DNA of 64,000 nt from Patescibacteria group bacterium (GCA_028717685.1 JAQUNI010000001.1:481094-545093); one strand, 5' to 3'. Positions 38,759 through 49,771 are shown, numbered from the stretch's first letter. Notes: a model not told the origin generated them from the letters alone. Program-made: numbers and translations.

Positions 38759-39271
38759 TTACTCTTCTTTCGGCTTGATTATCACGCGCCTTTCTTCCAG
38801 TTCGCCTTCGCTTTCCGTGACTACCTCATCGCTATCCGCCAAGAAAAGATGAATAATTCTGCGCTCATAAGCAGGCATTGCTTCCAAAATAAGGGGCTTT
38901 TTAGTTTTAGCCACTCGCTCCGCGGAATCCTGGGCTAATTTTTGAAGGTAAACCATCCGATTCTCCCTATATTTATTCACATCTAAGATGAAATTGACAA
39001 TTTGATTAACCTTGCGCCTCACCGCCAATCTCAATAAGTGCTGCAACGCGTTTAAATTAGAACCTCGCTGTCCGATTAAAAGATTGGGGTTCTCTTTATT
39101 CTCAATATTAACCCAGATTATATCCTCGTTGTCCTGATCCACAATTTTCGCCCTCACTTTGCCGGAGAGGGACATCTTTTCCAGCAACCCCTCTGTAAGC
39201 CCGCAAATCACTTCAATAATTTCGGAGTTATTCACTTTCGAATGAGAACTTTCTAATACTTCTTTTTGCAT
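38759..39271 (-). CDS. jag: Jag/EloR (KH + R3H) RNA-binding protein
   Basis: LLIG.RG.NL.ALQ, MPAYERRIIH, TESEG. Confidence 0.88.
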   Translation of the reverse strand: MQKEVLESSHSKVNNSEIIEVICGLTEGLLEKMSLSGKVRAKIVDQDNEDIIWVNIENKENPNLLIGQRGSNLNALQHLLRLAVRRKVNQIVNFILDVNKYRENRMVYLQKLAQDSAERVAKTKKPLILEAMPAYERRIIHLFLADSDEVVTESEGELEERRVIIKPKEE

Positions 39272-39417
39272 ATTTTTGGCGTTAATCTTGATAAATCCCG
39301 CAAAATTTTAATTCGCTCTATAGACCTTTTGTAAGACAACCTTTTCTGCTGCAATTAGCGGATTGCATAACGAAAAATTATCTCGCAAAAGGTCTTATTT
39401 AAAAAGCAAGAAATATC

Positions 39418-40167
39418 TTAAGAAACAGGGAATGATTCTTTGTCTTTATCTGAATCCTTTCTCATCACCAACCACTGTTGGGCAATGGAAAACAAAGTCG
39501 TCGCTACCCAATAAAGGGAAAGACCCGCGGGAAAACTTAAGGCAATAAAAATAGTTAAGACGGGCATAATATAAACCATCTGGTTGGTCATATTGGCGGC
39601 AATAGCGCTAAAATCATTACCGCTCGCCCGCGGCGCGGGCTTCTTTTTTTTCATCAGCATCCTGGACTGCCAGAATTGGGTCACGCCTGCCAAAATCGCC
39701 AAATAAACGTTCCTTGCTCCTAAATCTAAAAAATTTAAAAAGTAGGGATCTAACTTACCCGGATTATGGACAAAAGAGTATAAGAGCTTAAGCACCTCCG
39801 GATTATTGAGACCATCCCTTAAAACTTGATAAATCGCAATTAGGAATGGAAATTGAATCAAAATGGGCAGGCAAGAAGAAAGGGGATTAATTTTATTCTT
39901 GCGGTAAAATTCCATAGTCGCCCGACTCATTCCTTCCTTGTCGTTTTGATACTGCTTCTTGATTTTCTCAAGCTCCGGCTGTAAATCCTGCAAGGCTTTT
40001 TGCGATTTAACGGATTTCGCGGACAAAGGATAAAGGATGAATCTCAAAACAATGGTCAGGACAATAATCGCGATGCCCAAATCATGGCCTGGAATAATAT
40101 TATAAAAAAATACCAGCAGATTGAAAAGGGGTTGATAGAGAAGAGTACGAAACAAATCGCCGAGCAT
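39418..40167 (-). CDS. yidC: Membrane protein insertase
   Basis: LGIAII.LT...R..L.PL, INP.SSCLP.LIQ.P, PAGL.LYW. Confidence 0.93.
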   Translation of the reverse strand: MLGDLFRTLLYQPLFNLLVFFYNIIPGHDLGIAIIVLTIVLRFILYPLSAKSVKSQKALQDLQPELEKIKKQYQNDKEGMSRATMEFYRKNKINPLSSCLPILIQFPFLIAIYQVLRDGLNNPEVLKLLYSFVHNPGKLDPYFLNFLDLGARNVYLAILAGVTQFWQSRMLMKKKKPAPRASGNDFSAIAANMTNQMVYIMPVLTIFIALSFPAGLSLYWVATTLFSIAQQWLVMRKDSDKDKESFPVS

Positions 40168-40200
40168 AATTTGGAATTATAAATTATGAATAGATAAGAG

Positions 40201-40443
40201 TTATCGCACAGGGTCGTAACCACCCTTGCTCCATGGATGACAACGGATAACCCTTTTCAGAGCAAGCCACGACCCGCGCAAAACGCCGAATCTTTGAATA
40301 GATTCGTGACCATATTCAGAACAAGTAGGGGTAAAACGGCAAAAGCCATAAGGATGGCGAAAGGCTGGAAAACCATGATCCGGAGAGAGGGTGATTTGAT
40401 ATAAGCGAATGAGCTTTAGAAGAAGAAAACGCATAAATTTCAT
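40201..40443 (-). CDS. yidD: Membrane protein insertion efficiency factor
   Basis: [23 protein letters not shown]. Confidence 0.93.
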   Translation of the reverse strand: MKFMRFLLLKLIRLYQITLSPDHGFPAFRHPYGFCRFTPTCSEYGHESIQRFGVLRGSWLALKRVIRCHPWSKGGYDPVR

Positions 40444-40489
40444 TGTTCTATTGTTTCATTGCTTCATTGTTAAAGCAATAGTTTGGCTT

Positions 40490-40834
40490 TTAAGCCTGAA
40501 AAGTCCGGCTCTTGCAGAGTAAATTTTTTATATCTTCTTGAATTTTCTGGAAGTTTTTGCCAACTATAGCTGGCTGCGCAATGATGACCACATCATATCC
40601 ACCCTGTAAGTGATTTAAAAAAAACTTAACCGCCTCGCTCATTCTTCTCTTAATTAAATTGCGGCCGGTTGCTTTTTTAATCAATTTTTTAGAAATCACA
40701 AAGCCAAATCTCGCCACACCCCGATCATTTCTGACTATTTTAGCGATGAATAATTCAGATCTTAAACCCCAACCTTGCCTGAAAACATAATTAAAGTCTT
40801 TTTTATCCGTCAAACGATGTTCTTTAGGCAACAT
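40490..40834 (-). CDS. rnpA: Ribonuclease P protein component
   Basis: MLPK.HRL....DF, RFGFVISKK, A..RN.IKRR. Confidence 0.9.
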   Translation of the reverse strand: MLPKEHRLTDKKDFNYVFRQGWGLRSELFIAKIVRNDRGVARFGFVISKKLIKKATGRNLIKRRMSEAVKFFLNHLQGGYDVVIIAQPAIVGKNFQKIQEDIKNLLCKSRTFQA

Positions 40835-40845
40835 ACGATTTATCT

Positions 40846-40980
40846 CTATTTGCTCAATCTTTTTCTGCCCTTACGGCGTCTGCGAGCCAATAAATTGCGG
40901 CCGGCGCCAGTTTGCATTCTTTTCCGAAACCCATGGACTCTCTTTCTTCTTTTTCTTTTAGGCTGATAAGTTCTTTTCAT
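40846..40980 (-). CDS. rpmH: 50S ribosomal protein L34
   Basis: MKRTYQP.....[13 protein letters not shown].....RR.KGR; start at 40980. Confidence 0.95.
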   Translation of the reverse strand: MKRTYQPKRKRRKRVHGFRKRMQTGAGRNLLARRRRKGRKRLSK

Positions 40981-41309
40981 AAGAAAAAATAAATCCAGCG
41001 CATTTCGGCGGGGCGTTAATTGCCTAATCACCGAAAAGATCGCAGCTTTCTGACGCCACCGAACAGACAGCGGAGCATTCAAAAAGGTGCTGGATAAAAA
41101 ATATTAATTATTAAATCCTCTTTCAAAAGTGTAACTGATATTACCCCCAAAGTCAAACTAATGTATTTTAACTTATTCAGCTAACTTTATCCCGCCAGAG
41201 AAAGCCCCGACGAAGTCGGTAGTGGAAAAAATATAGACGCTGACCCTGTTAGAAATAAATTTCTAACAGGGTCTAATGGGGTTTACTAATTCACTCTAAT
41301 TTATTGCTT

Positions 41310-41490
41310 CCCCAAATATTCCACAGTTTATGCACACTTTATTAACATTCTAACATAACCCTGCTTGATAACGAGATGATTTTTTCAGATTAATGCCAAC
41401 ACAAACCCATTTTTCAATGATTAATCTTTCTGTTATCAAGATTTTCAATTTACTTGTGGATAAATATATTGTATTATTATATAATTAGAG
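41310..41490. promoter_or_regulatory. DnaA boxes upstream of dnaA (left part of oriC, or dnaA autoregulation)
   Basis: TTATGCACA at about 41329 and a perfect TGTGGATAA at 41455-41463. Confidence 0.65.
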
Positions 41491-41585
41491 TCTTAGGGGG
41501 GTTGCGCGTCTTTCACAAATAGAGCCCTTCGCGAAGGGCTCTATAAAGGATGTCGTTCGCGAACGACATCCTAAAATAAAAACAT

Positions 41586-43010
41586 ATGGATAATCAACAA
41601 ATTTGGCAGAATGTTCTCGGCGAATTAGAACTCTCCATCAGTAAAGCAAATTTTACTACATGGTTTACCAATACCGCCCTTGTTTCTTACAAGGATCGCC
41701 AAGCGCTCATCAGCGTCCCTAACCTCTTTACCAAAGAATGGCTGGAAAATAAATATCAAAAACCAATCTTGCACGCCCTAATAAACGCCGTTGGCGAACG
41801 CATTGAAGGAGTGAAATATGAAGTGAGGAGCCTCAAGGCACAAAACCCGCCCTTGCGGGAAAAGATGTCTCCAACAAAAGAGACATTTTTGGAAGATTTT
41901 AGTCCCGATGGATTTTCAGTACAAAAGGATCTTCCAGATAATGAGAATGGGGCATCTGCTCCTTTCAAACAAAACAGCGCCGCCCAGACCACAAATCTAA
42001 ATCCCCGTTATACTTTTAATAACTTTATTGTCGGATCAAATAACGAATTGGCCCGTGCCGCCTGTCATGCCGTCGCCTGCAACCCTGGCGAGACTTACAA
42101 CCCTTTATTTATTTACGGCGGCGTGGGTTTAGGGAAAACTCACCTTCTCCAAGCAGTGGGCAACGAAATCACGAAAAAATTCCACGACAAAAAAATAAAA
42201 TATATTGCCAGTGAAAGATTTACCAATGAACTCGTGCGGTCCATTGAAAAACACGATGTGGACTATTTTAAAGAACGATACCGCAATATTGATGTGATGA
42301 TTATAGATGACATTCAATTTATTGCCGGCAAAGAAAAAACCCAAGAGGAGTTCTTCCATATCTTCAATGCCCTCTATGGAGAAAATAAACAAATTGTCAT
42401 TTCCTCTGACCGTTCACCCAAAGCCATCCCCGCCCTGGAGGAACGTCTCTCTTCACGCTTTGAAGGAGGGATGATCGCCGATATCACCCCGCCAGACTTG
42501 GAAACCCGCATTGCCATTCTTAGAAATAAAGCTGAGAAAATGGGAATCACACCCTGTGATGAAGTATTAAATTACATTGCCATCAACGTTCAACGCAATG
42601 TGCGCGAATTGGAAGGGGCACTAAACCGAATTATTGCCCACTATCAGCTCCATCATCTGGAACTAACCCTGGAAAACGCGCAAAAAATTCTTAAAAATGT
42701 GATTAATACCCCAAGGTCCCATCTTATTTCAGCCAAAGAGATTATTGATTCGGTCATTCAATTTTACAACCTCGACGTTAAAGACTTATTAAGCGAATCC
42801 AGAAGAAAAGAGATCTCTTATCCGCGGCAGATATTAATGTATCTTTTAAGATCCGAGGCTAAAATTTCCTACCCTTCCATCGGGCAAGAATTGGGAGGAC
42901 GCGATCATACTACCGTGATCCATGCTTATAAAAAAATTAACGGGGAACTTGCTGAAAACGAAGAGTTGCGCCAAGAGATTGAGCTTATTAAACAAAGACT
43001 TTATAATTGA
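41586..43010 (+). CDS. dnaA: Chromosomal replication initiator
   Basis: YNPLFIYGGVGLGKTHL, DDIQF, QEEFFH.FN, RELEGAL, GGRDHTTV. Confidence 0.98.
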   Translation: MDNQQIWQNVLGELELSISKANFTTWFTNTALVSYKDRQALISVPNLFTKEWLENKYQKPILHALINAVGERIEGVKYEVRSLKAQNPPLREKMSPTKETFLEDFSPDGFSVQKDLPDNENGASAPFKQNSAAQTTNLNPRYTFNNFIVGSNNELARAACHAVACNPGETYNPLFIYGGVGLGKTHLLQAVGNEITKKFHDKKIKYIASERFTNELVRSIEKHDVDYFKERYRNIDVMIIDDIQFIAGKEKTQEEFFHIFNALYGENKQIVISSDRSPKAIPALEERLSSRFEGGMIADITPPDLETRIAILRNKAEKMGITPCDEVLNYIAINVQRNVRELEGALNRIIAHYQLHHLELTLENAQKILKNVINTPRSHLISAKEIIDSVIQFYNLDVKDLLSESRRKEISYPRQILMYLLRSEAKISYPSIGQELGGRDHTTVIHAYKKINGELAENEELRQEIELIKQRLYN

Positions 43011-43199
43011 CATTTCGCAAGAAGCAAATTTTAGAAATATCTGTACTTTATAAGCAGGCCTGCCGAAATTTTACAAAATGAAATCCAAGCTGATAAGTCT
43101 GGCTTCGCCAGACTCCAGCCCGAATGATCTTGGCGACCAGACAATTCAGATATTAAGGAAACATTCAGTCTATTCAAAGTCAGAAAACCTGAATAACTA

Positions 43200-43496
43200 A
43201 ATGATAAAATGGGGATAACATATTGAATAAGAGGTGTAAAGAGTGGTGAAAAACTAACCATTTATCCACAATTTTATTTACACAGAAAACCAACTACTAC
43301 CTTTTTGCAATATTCATCCACATATTATTCTTTCGCTGTTCGCTATTTATCCTCCGCCCGAAAAATGTCTTTCTACTGAACTGTTAGCTTATTTTCAAAA
43401 GAGTGTTACTTGCGGTTTGAATGTTATCAACAATATAATAATAACAATAATAATTAATTAAATATTATTAAATATTATTGTTATTAAATTTAATTC
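43200..43496. other. Probable oriC (dnaA-dnaN spacer)
   Basis: TTATCCACA at 43262-43270, TCATCCACA at about 43314, TTATCAACA at about 43423, then a very AT-rich tract. By eye the + strand turns from C-rich to G-rich here. Confidence 0.75.
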
Positions 43497-44636
43497 ATGA
43501 AAATACTTTGCACACAGGAAAATTTAAATAAGGGGCTAACCGCAGTTAGTAAGCTGGCAATCCCCAATATTAATCTGCCGATTTTGAGCAATATTCTTCT
43601 GGAAACTAAAAATGGTCGTTTAAGATTGGCAAGCACTAATTTGGAAACGGGGATTAACTATTTTGTGCGGGGAAAGGTGGTGTCGCAAGGCAGTATTACT
43701 GTTGCCTCCTCTTTAATTACTAATTATATTAATTCACTCCCCGTGAATAAAGTAACTTTAAAGGTGGAAAATGATAATTTAAATATAAAAACCGCGTCCG
43801 ATAAAGCGGTAATGCGCGGTTTGCCAGCCTCGGATTTCCCTTTCCAGTATGCTTTAGTTAGTAAAATGAAAAAGGGGATAATGTTTTCCGTTAAAGAAAG
43901 GGATTTGCGATTCGGCCTTCTGGAGGTTAGTTTCGCGACGACGCAAGACGAGCTCCGTCCGGAAATTGCGGGTGTCTTTTTTAATTTTGGGAAGCAGGAT
44001 TTGACCTTGGTGGCAACCGACAGTTATCGTTTGGCAGAGAAATGTATAAAGTTTGAGCAGATGAATAAAGAAGCCGCGAAGGCTATTATTCCCTTGAAGG
44101 CGATTCAGGAGCTCGTTCATATTTTGGAAGACAGCGAAGAGATAGTGAAAATCTTTTTTGTGGAGAACCAGGTCCTTTTCCAATTTAGAGAAATTGATTT
44201 TACCGCCCGTTTGGTTGAAGGTCAGTATCCTGATTACAAACAAATCATTCCTCAAAGGTTGCTCTGCAAAGCGAAGGTGAAGACGCGCGATTTCGCCCAG
44301 GCAGTAAGGCGAGCGAGTTTTTTTACCGCCCGGGAAACCAATGATATCAGAGTTAAGCTGGACCCTAAAAGTAACGAGATTTTGATTTCAGCGGAGAGCG
44401 CTGGAATAGGCACTAATGAGTCTAGGGTAGAAGCCGAGGTGCGGGGCGAGCCTCAGGAGATTGTTTATAATCATCGTTACTTTTTAGAGGGTTTAAATAA
44501 TTTGCCTTCCGAAGAAACCATTTTTGAGACTAATGGGCCTGATGAGCCTGGAATTTTGAGGCCTGTTGATCCCGACGGCATGCCTGCCGGGCAGGCAGGT
44601 TCTTTTCTTTATCTAATTATGCCTATTCGGAATTGA
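43497..44636 (+). CDS. dnaN: DNA polymerase III beta sliding clamp
   Basis: LPILSNILL, STNLE, VATDSYRLA, G.YPDY..IIP, YLIMPIR. Confidence 0.96.
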   Translation: MKILCTQENLNKGLTAVSKLAIPNINLPILSNILLETKNGRLRLASTNLETGINYFVRGKVVSQGSITVASSLITNYINSLPVNKVTLKVENDNLNIKTASDKAVMRGLPASDFPFQYALVSKMKKGIMFSVKERDLRFGLLEVSFATTQDELRPEIAGVFFNFGKQDLTLVATDSYRLAEKCIKFEQMNKEAAKAIIPLKAIQELVHILEDSEEIVKIFFVENQVLFQFREIDFTARLVEGQYPDYKQIIPQRLLCKAKVKTRDFAQAVRRASFFTARETNDIRVKLDPKSNEILISAESAGIGTNESRVEAEVRGEPQEIVYNHRYFLEGLNNLPSEETIFETNGPDEPGILRPVDPDGMPAGQAGSFLYLIMPIRN

Positions 44637-44710
44637 ATTCCGGAAATTAAGAAGCAGGAATTCCCGCAAGATCAGTGTTCCTGATTCCTGATTATTTCTG
44701 ATTCTATTTT

Positions 44711-45856
44711 ATGCGCCTGAACCATCTAAAGTTAGTTAATTTTCGCAATTATGACAGTTTAGACATAGGGACAAAAAAGAGGGTGATTATTTTAGTTGGC
44801 GACAACGCACAGGGCAAGACTAATTTTTTGGAGGCGGTTTACCTTTTGGCAATTACTAAATCTTTTCGTTTGAGAAGCGACGCGGATTTGGTTGGCGAGA
44901 AAGATGATTTTGTTCGGATTGAAGCAGAGGTTGTAAGTCAAAACCGAGATTCTAAAATAGAGGTTGTTCTTAAAAAACAGGAGAATCGGGGTAATATTCA
45001 GAAAATAATTAAGCTTAATGGTCAGATGGCGCCTGTGCGCGCGATTTTGGGCGCTTTTTCGGCAGTTTTATTTTGTCCGGAGGATATCAATTTAATTAAA
45101 GCGGTGCCTGGCGCCCGCCGCCGTTTTTTAGATATCGTGGCCTGTAAAGTAAATTCTACCTATTGCGAGACATTGATGGGATACAATAAAATTCTGAAGA
45201 ATCGCAATCAAGTTTTGTTGCGGATCAACAGAGGAATTGGAAATCATGAAGAGCTGATTTTTTGGAATAATGAACTTACGCAAAAAGGAAGTTTCATTAT
45301 TAAATTCCGCCAGAATATGGCGCAAAGGCTGGCCTCTTTAACTAAGATTTATTACAACAAAATTGCCAAAAGAGTTGAGACCGCATCGCTGCCAGAGTTG
45401 AGTCTGCATTATCTGCCCTCATTTCATATTCCGCCTAAACTAGACGAGGAGGCAATTAGTTTGAGATTCCGTGGCGAACTTTTAAAGAGGGAGGAGGTGG
45501 AAATCGCGCGTCAGCAGACTTTATCCGGTCCGCATCGGGATGATTTCACTTTTATTTTAGGTCGGAAGAATATTGTTTTCGGGGGTTCGCGGGGCGAATT
45601 TCGGAGCGCCATTTTGTCTCTTAAGCTGTCGGAATTGGATTTTTTAAAAGAAAATTTGGGGGAACGGCCAGTTTTGCTTCTAGATGATGTATTTTCTGAA
45701 TTGGACCGGGAGCGGAAAAGAAGGATAGCGGCATTAGTGAAAAATCAACAGGTTTTTATCGCGACTACCGACCTCAAAGAAATCCCTCCTGAACTCAAGA
45801 AAGAAGCTTTAATCTTAAAAGTAGAAATGGGGCGGATAAAGACCGCAGTTATGTAA
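44711..45856 (+). CDS. recF: DNA replication/repair protein RecF
   Basis: NFRNY, G.NAQGKTN.LEA, GPHRDD, LLLDDVFSELD. Confidence 0.95.
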   Translation: MRLNHLKLVNFRNYDSLDIGTKKRVIILVGDNAQGKTNFLEAVYLLAITKSFRLRSDADLVGEKDDFVRIEAEVVSQNRDSKIEVVLKKQENRGNIQKIIKLNGQMAPVRAILGAFSAVLFCPEDINLIKAVPGARRRFLDIVACKVNSTYCETLMGYNKILKNRNQVLLRINRGIGNHEELIFWNNELTQKGSFIIKFRQNMAQRLASLTKIYYNKIAKRVETASLPELSLHYLPSFHIPPKLDEEAISLRFRGELLKREEVEIARQQTLSGPHRDDFTFILGRKNIVFGGSRGEFRSAILSLKLSELDFLKENLGERPVLLLDDVFSELDRERKRRIAALVKNQQVFIATTDLKEIPPELKKEALILKVEMGRIKTAVM

Positions 45857-45938
45857 CTTATAACTTGTAACTTGTAACGCAAGAACAATGTAACTTGAGT
45901 TATAAGTTATAAGTTATAGGTTACAAGTTATAAGAAAT

Positions 45939-46241
45939 ATGTTTATTCCTTTAAAATCTGTTTTGCCTCAGATTACCAACAGGGTGGGCATCAGTGTGGC
46001 AATAAAAGAAGACCAGATTCCATTGGCCTATAAAAAGGTTGTGGAAGAGATTCTTAATCAAAAAGCCGCGAGCGCTTCGCGGGTTTTATTTTTGCACCAT
46101 AAAATTTTGACCATAGAGGTGCCTTCTTCAGCATGGGCTTGCCAATTGCAATTCTCCCAAGCGGAAATTGTGGAGCAACTCAACACATTATGCGGCAGAG
46201 AAGTAGTGGAGAGGATTATATTCAGGGTAACTGGTAATTAG
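45939..46241 (+). CDS. DciA/DUF721-family protein
   Basis: Follows recF; L.I.V.SSAW..QL pattern. Confidence 0.7.
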   Translation: MFIPLKSVLPQITNRVGISVAIKEDQIPLAYKKVVEEILNQKAASASRVLFLHHKILTIEVPSSAWACQLQFSQAEIVEQLNTLCGREVVERIIFRVTGN

Positions 46242-46346
46242 TGTTTAAGTAATCAGTAATCGGTAACTAGTAATCAGTAATTTTTGCCATTTAACCACGC
46301 ACCTGCCTTTCACTTTTTAAAAAAGGTGTGGGATAGTGCGGGGTTT

Positions 46347-49226
46347 TTATTTTATTTCCACAACCACCCTCGCGCTTTGAGTAGTTTCGTTTTCGTGGGA
46401 GACCAGAATGGTATAGATTTCGTACTGGCCGGGCAAGGGTTTTCTTTCCCAAATTAAATCATATTCCTCCCCGTCGGGCGTCGCGGGTTCAAAACTGGAC
46501 CCGATAAGGAAAGCTCTTTTGTCCCGGGTGAGGTCGCGGGCGTAAAAATTAATTTTTCGGATGCCATTTGGATGTGAGGCAACTGCCTTCAATTTATAGG
46601 GAAAATTTTCGTCTTGCAAAGTAAGCTGTCCGGCGGGTTGGCTTATATAGATAATTTGTTCGTTTTTAAGATTAATGGTCACGGAATCCTGCGCGGTGTT
46701 CCCCATCTTGTCGTAAGCAATGACTTTAATGGTATGGAAACCGGGTTCATCATAACTTACATAATGTGTTTTAAAAGGGGGATTGCCGTTTTTAACATCA
46801 AAGAGTTTATTATCAAGATAGAATTCTACCTTGTCAAAGGTTAAAGGCGCTTCGCCATCGGCTTCAATGTTGATGTTGCTATCTTCAATTAAGTCATTGT
46901 CGGCTGGCGAGGTAATATTGATGGCGGGTTGATTTTTTTCTTCATGGTAATCGCAAGTTTCCGTGGGCACCTTTCCCGTCTCAATTTTTTCCCGCGCTAT
47001 CCATTCTTGGATGGGTTTTTCCCAACGTTCATACATAGGATCGTTCTCGGGATGCTCTGGAACGGGACCGCGAGGATTATCCTTGTCCGCATAGTAAAGA
47101 ATCGTATGAATCTCGCGGAATGTTTTTTCAACCACTTGTTCGGGGCGGCAACAGGTTTCATGCAGGATTTGATTATTTACTTCACAGACCCGCGCCGTGG
47201 TTTCATTATATTTGCCGTGCAATATCATTTTGTCCAGCTGATATTTCGTATAAGGGGTAAATTTTTCGGTAGAAGCGCCCTCTAGAGCCTTTTTCATAAA
47301 AGCCTGCCAGATGGGGGCGGCAACTTGAGAACCGTCAGCGCGGCGCATCTCACTATTGTCATTATTGCCCACCCAGACGCCCGCTGCTAACGATGGGGTG
47401 TAACCGACTGTCCAGGCATCGCGATAATCTTGGGTTGTGCCAGTCTTAGCGGCAACCGGTATTCCTCCTAAATTCAGATAATTATGGGTTCCAAAGATCA
47501 TCGCGCGGGCATTATTATCAGAAAGAATACTGTTAATTTCTCTCGCAACTTGCTCGGGGATGACCCTTTTTCCTTCTCCTTGCTGCCATTCTTCCAAGAT
47601 TTGGCCATCTTTATCTTCTATTTTCATAATTACCGTTTTTTCCTGACGGATGCCATCATTGGCAAAAACGCCGTAGGCAGGCACAAAATCGATTAATTTT
47701 ACTTCACCGCCGCCTAAAACCAGAGAAAGTCCGAATCGCGACCGTTCCCCCAGGGTGGTGATGCCCATTTGATTAGCAAGGTCAATAGTTTCATCAATGC
47801 CCGCTAAGTAAAGCGTTTTTACTGCTGGGATATTAAGGGAATTAGCGAGTGCTGTGCGCATAGTGACTGATCCGTGTTCTTTACCATCGTAATTTTGAGG
47901 GATATATTCTTTGCCTCCCTGGAGGCCAAAGTTAGTGGTGAGATCGAAAAGCAAGGTATCAGGGGTGTAGCCCTTTTGAAAGGCGCGGGCATAAGCAAAT
48001 GGTTTAAAAGAGGAACCTGGCTGGCGGGGTCGGAGCGTAACATTCACATTGCCGTCATTTTGGAGGTCAAAATAGTCGCGCGAACCGACCATTACTAAAA
48101 TTTGTCCCGTCTTCGGGTCAGAAGCAAGCAGGGCGGCATTGCGGGCATTAAATTTTTGGGGATAATCACCGCTCATCTCGTAGACTAACTCTTCGGCTAT
48201 TTTTTGTTTGTCATAATCCAAGGTCGTGTACACCTTCAAGCCTCCTCTTTCAATAAAGTCTTCGCCATATTTATCCGCGAGGATTTCTTTAATATATAAT
48301 ACAAAATGGGGGGCGATTATCCCTTCTCTGTTTTCCGCGTAGCTCAATTCTTCTTGTTTCGCGCTATTCGCTTCCTCGGGCGTGATATAACCCAAAGTAG
48401 CCATACGGTTTAAAATATATTCCCTACGGGCAGCCAAAGCCTCTGGGTGGGAGCCAAAAGGAGAGTAGTAAGTTGTGGCGCGGGGAAGAGAAGCGAGGGT
48501 GGCAGCTTCCCCCAAGGTTAATTCCGAGGCTTTTTTATTAAAGAAGGTTTGGCTTGCCGCTTCTATGCCGTAGGCATTAGAACCATAAGGAATTTCATTC
48601 AGATACATCTCTAAAATTTGATCTTTGGAGAACCGCCTTTCCAACTCCAGAGACAGGATTAACTCTTTGAATTTGCGGGAGAAGGTCCGTTCAGGGGTTA
48701 AAATAGAGTTCTTAATAAATTGTTGAGTAATAGTTGAGCCGCCTTGGCGTACGCCGCCGCCCTTCACATCAGACCAGGCTGCCCTTAAGATGGAGCGGAA
48801 ATCAATGCCCCTATGGTTATAGAAATCGTCGTCTTCAGCGGTAAGGGTGGCTTTGATTAAATAATTAGAAATTTGAGCGAAGGGAACTATAGTGCGCTTT
48901 TCCTCGCCGTGGATTTCGTATAAAAGATGCTCGCCGGTGCGGTCATAGATTTTAGTGCTTTCCGTCATCTGGCGTTCTGCAAGTTTTTGGGGATCAGGCA
49001 GGTCTTTGGCAAAATAAGCAAAAACCGAGATAGCGCTGACAACTAAACCAAAAATTCCCAATAAAAATAAGGCGAGAATGATTTTCACTGTTTTTTTCAG
49101 CCGCTTTCTTTTTCTTGTTTTTAGTTCTTCGCGGGTAATTACTAAATCTCCCCGCTTGTAGCGCGCGTAACCCGTTTTTTTGCGCTTAGGCAAAGATTTT
49201 TGTTGCTTTTGCGGATTTTTTAACAT
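46347..49226 (-). CDS. Class A penicillin-binding protein (PBP1A family) with C-terminal Ig-like domains
   Basis: AEDD.FY.H.G.D, GGSTITQQ, RQPGSSFKPF, SLNIP, KTGTT; start likely 49226. Confidence 0.93.
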   Translation of the reverse strand: MLKNPQKQQKSLPKRKKTGYARYKRGDLVITREELKTRKRKRLKKTVKIILALFLLGIFGLVVSAISVFAYFAKDLPDPQKLAERQMTESTKIYDRTGEHLLYEIHGEEKRTIVPFAQISNYLIKATLTAEDDDFYNHRGIDFRSILRAAWSDVKGGGVRQGGSTITQQFIKNSILTPERTFSRKFKELILSLELERRFSKDQILEMYLNEIPYGSNAYGIEAASQTFFNKKASELTLGEAATLASLPRATTYYSPFGSHPEALAARREYILNRMATLGYITPEEANSAKQEELSYAENREGIIAPHFVLYIKEILADKYGEDFIERGGLKVYTTLDYDKQKIAEELVYEMSGDYPQKFNARNAALLASDPKTGQILVMVGSRDYFDLQNDGNVNVTLRPRQPGSSFKPFAYARAFQKGYTPDTLLFDLTTNFGLQGGKEYIPQNYDGKEHGSVTMRTALANSLNIPAVKTLYLAGIDETIDLANQMGITTLGERSRFGLSLVLGGGEVKLIDFVPAYGVFANDGIRQEKTVIMKIEDKDGQILEEWQQGEGKRVIPEQVAREINSILSDNNARAMIFGTHNYLNLGGIPVAAKTGTTQDYRDAWTVGYTPSLAAGVWVGNNDNSEMRRADGSQVAAPIWQAFMKKALEGASTEKFTPYTKYQLDKMILHGKYNETTARVCEVNNQILHETCCRPEQVVEKTFREIHTILYYADKDNPRGPVPEHPENDPMYERWEKPIQEWIAREKIETGKVPTETCDYHEEKNQPAINITSPADNDLIEDSNINIEADGEAPLTFDKVEFYLDNKLFDVKNGNPPFKTHYVSYDEPGFHTIKVIAYDKMGNTAQDSVTINLKNEQIIYISQPAGQLTLQDENFPYKLKAVASHPNGIRKINFYARDLTRDKRAFLIGSSFEPATPDGEEYDLIWERKPLPGQYEIYTILVSHENETTQSARVVVEIK

Positions 49227-49366
49227 AGATAGCTTAATTCTACGAGATTTTGGGAGAAGTGTCAAAAGGGAATCGGGAATCAGGAATCAGGAATTTGGAA
49301 TTTGGGATTTTTTGACTGTTTTAAGGAAAAAAGTTATAATTAGAACATATTAATCAATTTTTTATT

Positions 49367-49597
49367 ATGAATCAAGATAAATTAAAAGAGATAATTAATT
49401 CTATAAATGAAAGGCTCGCTTTGCATGGCGGTAGTGTGGATTTGGTAGATTTTGACGGGAAAAAAAAGATAGTGAAGCTAAGACTACAAGGCGCTTGTGG
49501 TCATTGTCCAATGGCGCAATTAACTAGCGAGAATTTTATTAAAAAAGAACTTTTAGCTAAGATGCCGGACTTGAAAGAGATCATGATGGTTGGGTAG
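49367..49597 (+). CDS. NifU-like domain protein
   Basis: HGG.V.LV, LQGACGHCPM. Confidence 0.85.
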   Translation: MNQDKLKEIINSINERLALHGGSVDLVDFDGKKKIVKLRLQGACGHCPMAQLTSENFIKKELLAKMPDLKEIMMVG

Positions 49598-49771
49598 TAA
49601 TTTTTGATTTGTAATTTTTAACTAATTTTTATTGAATTAAAGAATTATTGGAAAATGAAATCATTCAAAATTAAGTAGTTAAAAATTAGTTAAAAAACAA
49701 AAATTAAAAATTTGCAATTCATCATAGGCTAAATAGGCTAATCCGCCCAAGAAGGCGGAAAATTAAGATTT

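Noticed and set aside
49598-49771. T-box riboswitch upstream of tyrS
   Set aside because: No T-box consensus is visible; the spacer is an AT-rich array plus a small palindrome.
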